Positions 60,317 to 64,000 of a stretch of 64,000 nt of DNA are shown here, piece by piece. How positions within the stretch are numbered: the stretch's first letter is position 1; each line of letters starts with the position of its first letter. The DNA is taken from NCBI RefSeq assembly GCF_009914755.1, contig NC_060931.1; one strand, written 5' to 3'. This DNA comes from the human T2T-CHM13v2.0 reference genome, Homo sapiens. The notes beneath the pieces were generated by a model, which saw only the letters and a list, made by a program, of their open reading frames with translations, did no database searches and had not been told where the DNA came from. A program made the translations under genes and the position numbers.

Positions 60317-63300
60317 TCCCCCCTCAAAAGAAGTACATCTAATTACCGTTAGATTAAGGATAAGGACGAAGACTAATCATAACTGCTTCCTGCTGAGAGG
60401 GGGCACTGTTTGGGGGAAATGGCAGTCAGAGCTCCCTCAGAGGCCTATTTAAGGGTTCCCAGCGGAAGGGGTCATTGTCAGAGGTTCTAGTTGCATGACT
60501 GTGTGGAGTTTGATGGACCAGAGAACAGACAAAACGGGTTATTAGAAAACATGTACCAAAATGAAACAAGGAGGAGGTAAGGACAGCTCAACAATTTTGA
60601 GGCCTTTTACCAGTTTCCACAGGGAGAGGGAGGCTAAAAGCCTGACTGGCAAAATATTTCACCTTTTTGCCAGCATGTTGGGCTTTTGGATTCCCTTCCC
60701 CTGAGCCCAGTCTGAAGCCAACCAGTTTAAGGTTTGGGAAATTAATTCTTTCCAGTTTGGAAGATGCATCCGAGGGAAGTGTCCCGTAGTATGGAGACAC
60801 AAGTACCTATCAGTGAAGAGAGGTCAGAGAAGGAGAGAAGAAGAAAGAGGATATTTTTGCAAAGCTGTTCTAGGAGTTCAGGATGCATTAAAAAGGGTAC
60901 AGACTAGAGATGAATGGCTACGCATCTAGAAAGAGGGGAGCAGGCATCTCTGGTTCCCTTCTCTTCCTAGCAGATATGTTCCCTTCTCTTCCTAGCAGAT
61001 ACTCGGTGTAAGTGAGGAAGAAAGGGAAGAGTGTCCTCTTTCCCCCCTTCCATCCTTGCATCCCCGAGTCCTGGTGATCTTGGTACATCCTGCCATGAGT
61101 GCCAAAGCATCTTTCACCCATGAAGCAGAGAGGCCTAGAGAACAGAAATTATCTACTCTTACCTATGTCTCTCTCCCACCTACTGTCAGTAGCCTTGGAG
61201 TTCCCTAGACCTCATTTATGCCATGGATATTAACATGGCCTTTATCCATGAAACAGGAAGCTTGGGGTTGGCTTAATTGGCAGGAATCAGCCATGCTTAC
61301 CTGCGCTGTGCCTTTTAAACTCTGTTGTCATCTGCCTCTGGATCCCTTAGATCCAGTTTTTTTTCCTAGGGCTTTGACCCAAAGCTTGGAATTGAGTCTG
61401 GGACAGACAAAAATGTGTCTCCTGGGGGATTGCATGGACTCCTTATCATAAGCCAAATGCTAAGGTGAAACTGTGGAACTGAGTCCTCCTCCAACAAGGG
61501 AGGATGTTTCATGATGCATTCAGATAACTGGTCACTATAGTTATGCTTGCTAAGATTTGGGTGCTTTGGCTAGCTCCCTTGGTTTTACTTTCCCAAAAGG
61601 AAACCTCTGAGGCGTCGGCATCCTATTTATTCCAATCGCCTGGCAGGATTTTCAGGATAATTGCTCAGAGCTAGAATATTGATCCAGATTTCTACATCAC
61701 CCATTCCTCTTGTTCTTTCTTAGCTTCAGCAAGGGATTGCTGGGTGATTTACAGGATCAAGCAGGGTTAGGCTAAAATAGGTGAAAACTTAAAAACAACT
61801 AATGAGTTTAGAATTTAATGACAAATGTACAAGTTTTGAAATATAATTTTTCTCTCTCCAGTCCTCATTTTTGTTAAAAAAAAATCATCATGGAACTAAA
61901 TGGTTTGCAAAATAGACTTTTGTCTTAAACCTGCCTGATTATTTGCATACAGTGCAGCAAGAATAATTATTTCTTCATAGGCCTTTCGGATTGGCTGTGA
62001 TGGATGTCTGTTCCATAAGGAAGGCCTTTTAAAGCTATGCCCAGCCATGGGTTTATCCTCAAATACCTGTGAGTTGGATGATTCTTTCCTCTTAAGATCC
62101 CAAGGTAAACTTGGAGCTCCTAGGCCTGTTAGAAAGTGACATTCTTTACTGACCACAGGTCAGGAACCCTGTACAGGGACTGTGTAGATGAGGGCATGAG
62201 CCCAGTCTCTCATGGGAATTTTATCAGCTCTGTAAGTAGAGCTTGACTCCTTAAAGTCAAGGGCAGCATACCCTTCCAGTCAAAGTCTTGGTAAAATAAC
62301 TACTTTCTACAATTGTGTCCTGTTGCAAAAGAAAAATAGATTTTTATTGCACTAATGAAAACAACTATATTGCCATAAGAATACTCACAGGTAGGGTCCA
62401 AATCCTAGAGGAACCAGGCAGAGAGAAACAAACGTGCTTCAAATCTTGATTATGAGAGCATATACTTTACTTAATTATTTAAGGCCATAAATACTTAAAA
62501 ATAAGTTTCCTTGACTCTGAAAAACAAAGCATGGATTAGCAATATTCCAAACAGTAGTCAAAAAGTTTGATTCAGGTTGCTGAGTTCAGTTCATTTAGTT
62601 AACTGTTGTTTTGCTTACTATTTGTGAACATTTCAGCTCTTCATGAGTCCTGTACATTTTCCTTTATTCCAATGTTATCATCTCTGAAGTTATCAAAAGC
62701 CTGCATTTGAGAGAACTTGTTAAAATTCTATAGCTCATTATAAACCATCTTTGAAAATGATTAAAACAAGACAACAACTATCTGTGAATAGCAAAATGTT
62801 CAGGGCAAGTACAGTTAGAAACACAATTGACAAACAAGTTTGGTTATCTCTGTGGTTTATAATAACTTAGCATTAACAACCTTAATTATGATTGACAGCT
62901 TATACTTAGACATTAGAACTTTAGAAATCTCATGCAATTTTGGAACATATATAAGCATTATTTACTAAGATACAACCTAAAGAAGACTGAACATCATTTT
63001 GGCAAGCCCATGTACCTGAACATGGCAAATAATCCTGTTTACCTCTCTTTTTTGGACACTTCAGAGGCCCTCTGAAGTATTCAAAAAGCCAGGTGCCAGG
63101 GAAGACAATTTTGAAACTGAAGTTTGATTTTGGGAAGGCTGTTAAATGTTCGAGGTTTTAAACACTTGATATTATAAAATAGAATTCCAGATTACCGTAA
63201 GTTATTTATTTTGCCAAAATGATTACTCAGAAATTTAAGAAGCAAAAACCTTTTATAACCCTTTACAAATTTTGCCAAAGAGCAGATTAGTGCCTTAGGA

Positions 63301-64000
63301 AAAGCTTGTTATGCTTTTATTTCAATGCTCAATTTACAGAAAAAAAAACATATAATACCCTTTTTTGAATTTGGTCAACATGTTCACACAAAGAACCTCT
63401 TCTGCAAGATTAATTTCCGCAATGCTTCCTCCACTTGTTTGAACTTTCAGCTTTTCCTAATTTAAATTAAAACAATCCTTTAATCCTAGGCCAAAGTATT
63501 CCCATGCCTTCTTATAACCTTTTACAAACACACACACACACATTTTACTGTTTTTACATACCTTGATTGTAAATCTATTTCCAGTAGTCTCAATTACATG
63601 TTATAATGGTAACTCCTCGCAATTTTTAACTTTAAGGTAAAACTTGGTAAGTTGCTTTAATTGTGTGATAACTGAGGCCAAACTTTTCCTTCTTAGTTAA
63701 GGGTGTGGTTAGTTCCATATGTCCTCAGGTCTAATCAGTTTTGAAGCAGGCAAGACAGACTGTCTTCAAAACCCAAATTCAGTTTGTAACCTCAAAACAC
63801 TAGCAAACCTTGCATCTCACCTGCATTTTACCAAGAGTCTTTAGGGCTCTTTTTATTTCTCAAAGATTGAAATCACGAAAACTGAAAGGTACCACAACTT
63901 TTATCTTCCCTTTAAAAAATATTAGATCTAAGCGATTGTCTTTCTTTGGGCCAAATTAATTAGAATTCTTTTTACAGACATCACACATAGTGCACCCACA
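60317..64000 (-). mobile_element. ERV1 internal region (MER61-int/MER4-group-like), non-coding, continues beyond window
   Basis: Contiguous with PPT and LTR; MER4-group motifs (GAAACTGAAGTTTGATTTTGGGAAG, TAATTATGATTGACAGC); no long ORF. Confidence 0.75.

Noticed and set aside
60317-64000. Intact retroviral env or pol genes
   Set aside because: No long ORF or retroviral protein motif visible

Overview
Human genomic DNA (a near-consensus AluYb8, a human-specific subfamily, lies at 52193-52502). It is AT-rich and repeat-dominated, and I can support no protein-coding gene, RNA gene or CRISPR array. Landmarks are: an AluY whose tail became a ~230-bp pure-purine GAA/GAGGAA array; a full-length disabled GAPDH processed pseudogene nested in an ancient L1; Tigger3b and MER44 DNA transposons; a solo LTR12C (ERV9) with CpG-rich and CCAAT-repeat promoter sequence; four primate L1s with 5' inversions; several MaLR/ERV LTRs; and the 3' end of a MER61-like provirus running off the right edge. 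Nearly every entry in the ORF track is repeat- or pseudogene-derived, or chance. I found no convincing new biological system. The best observations are structural: a second, displaced copy of an L1 twin-priming junction, an LTR12C splitting a 68-bp tandem duplication that carries a consensus splice donor, a 40-bp-stem hairpin, and an LTR12C promoter aimed antisense at the GAPDH retrocopy. Subfamily calls come from remembered consensus sequences, not a database search, and boundaries of old elements are approximate.
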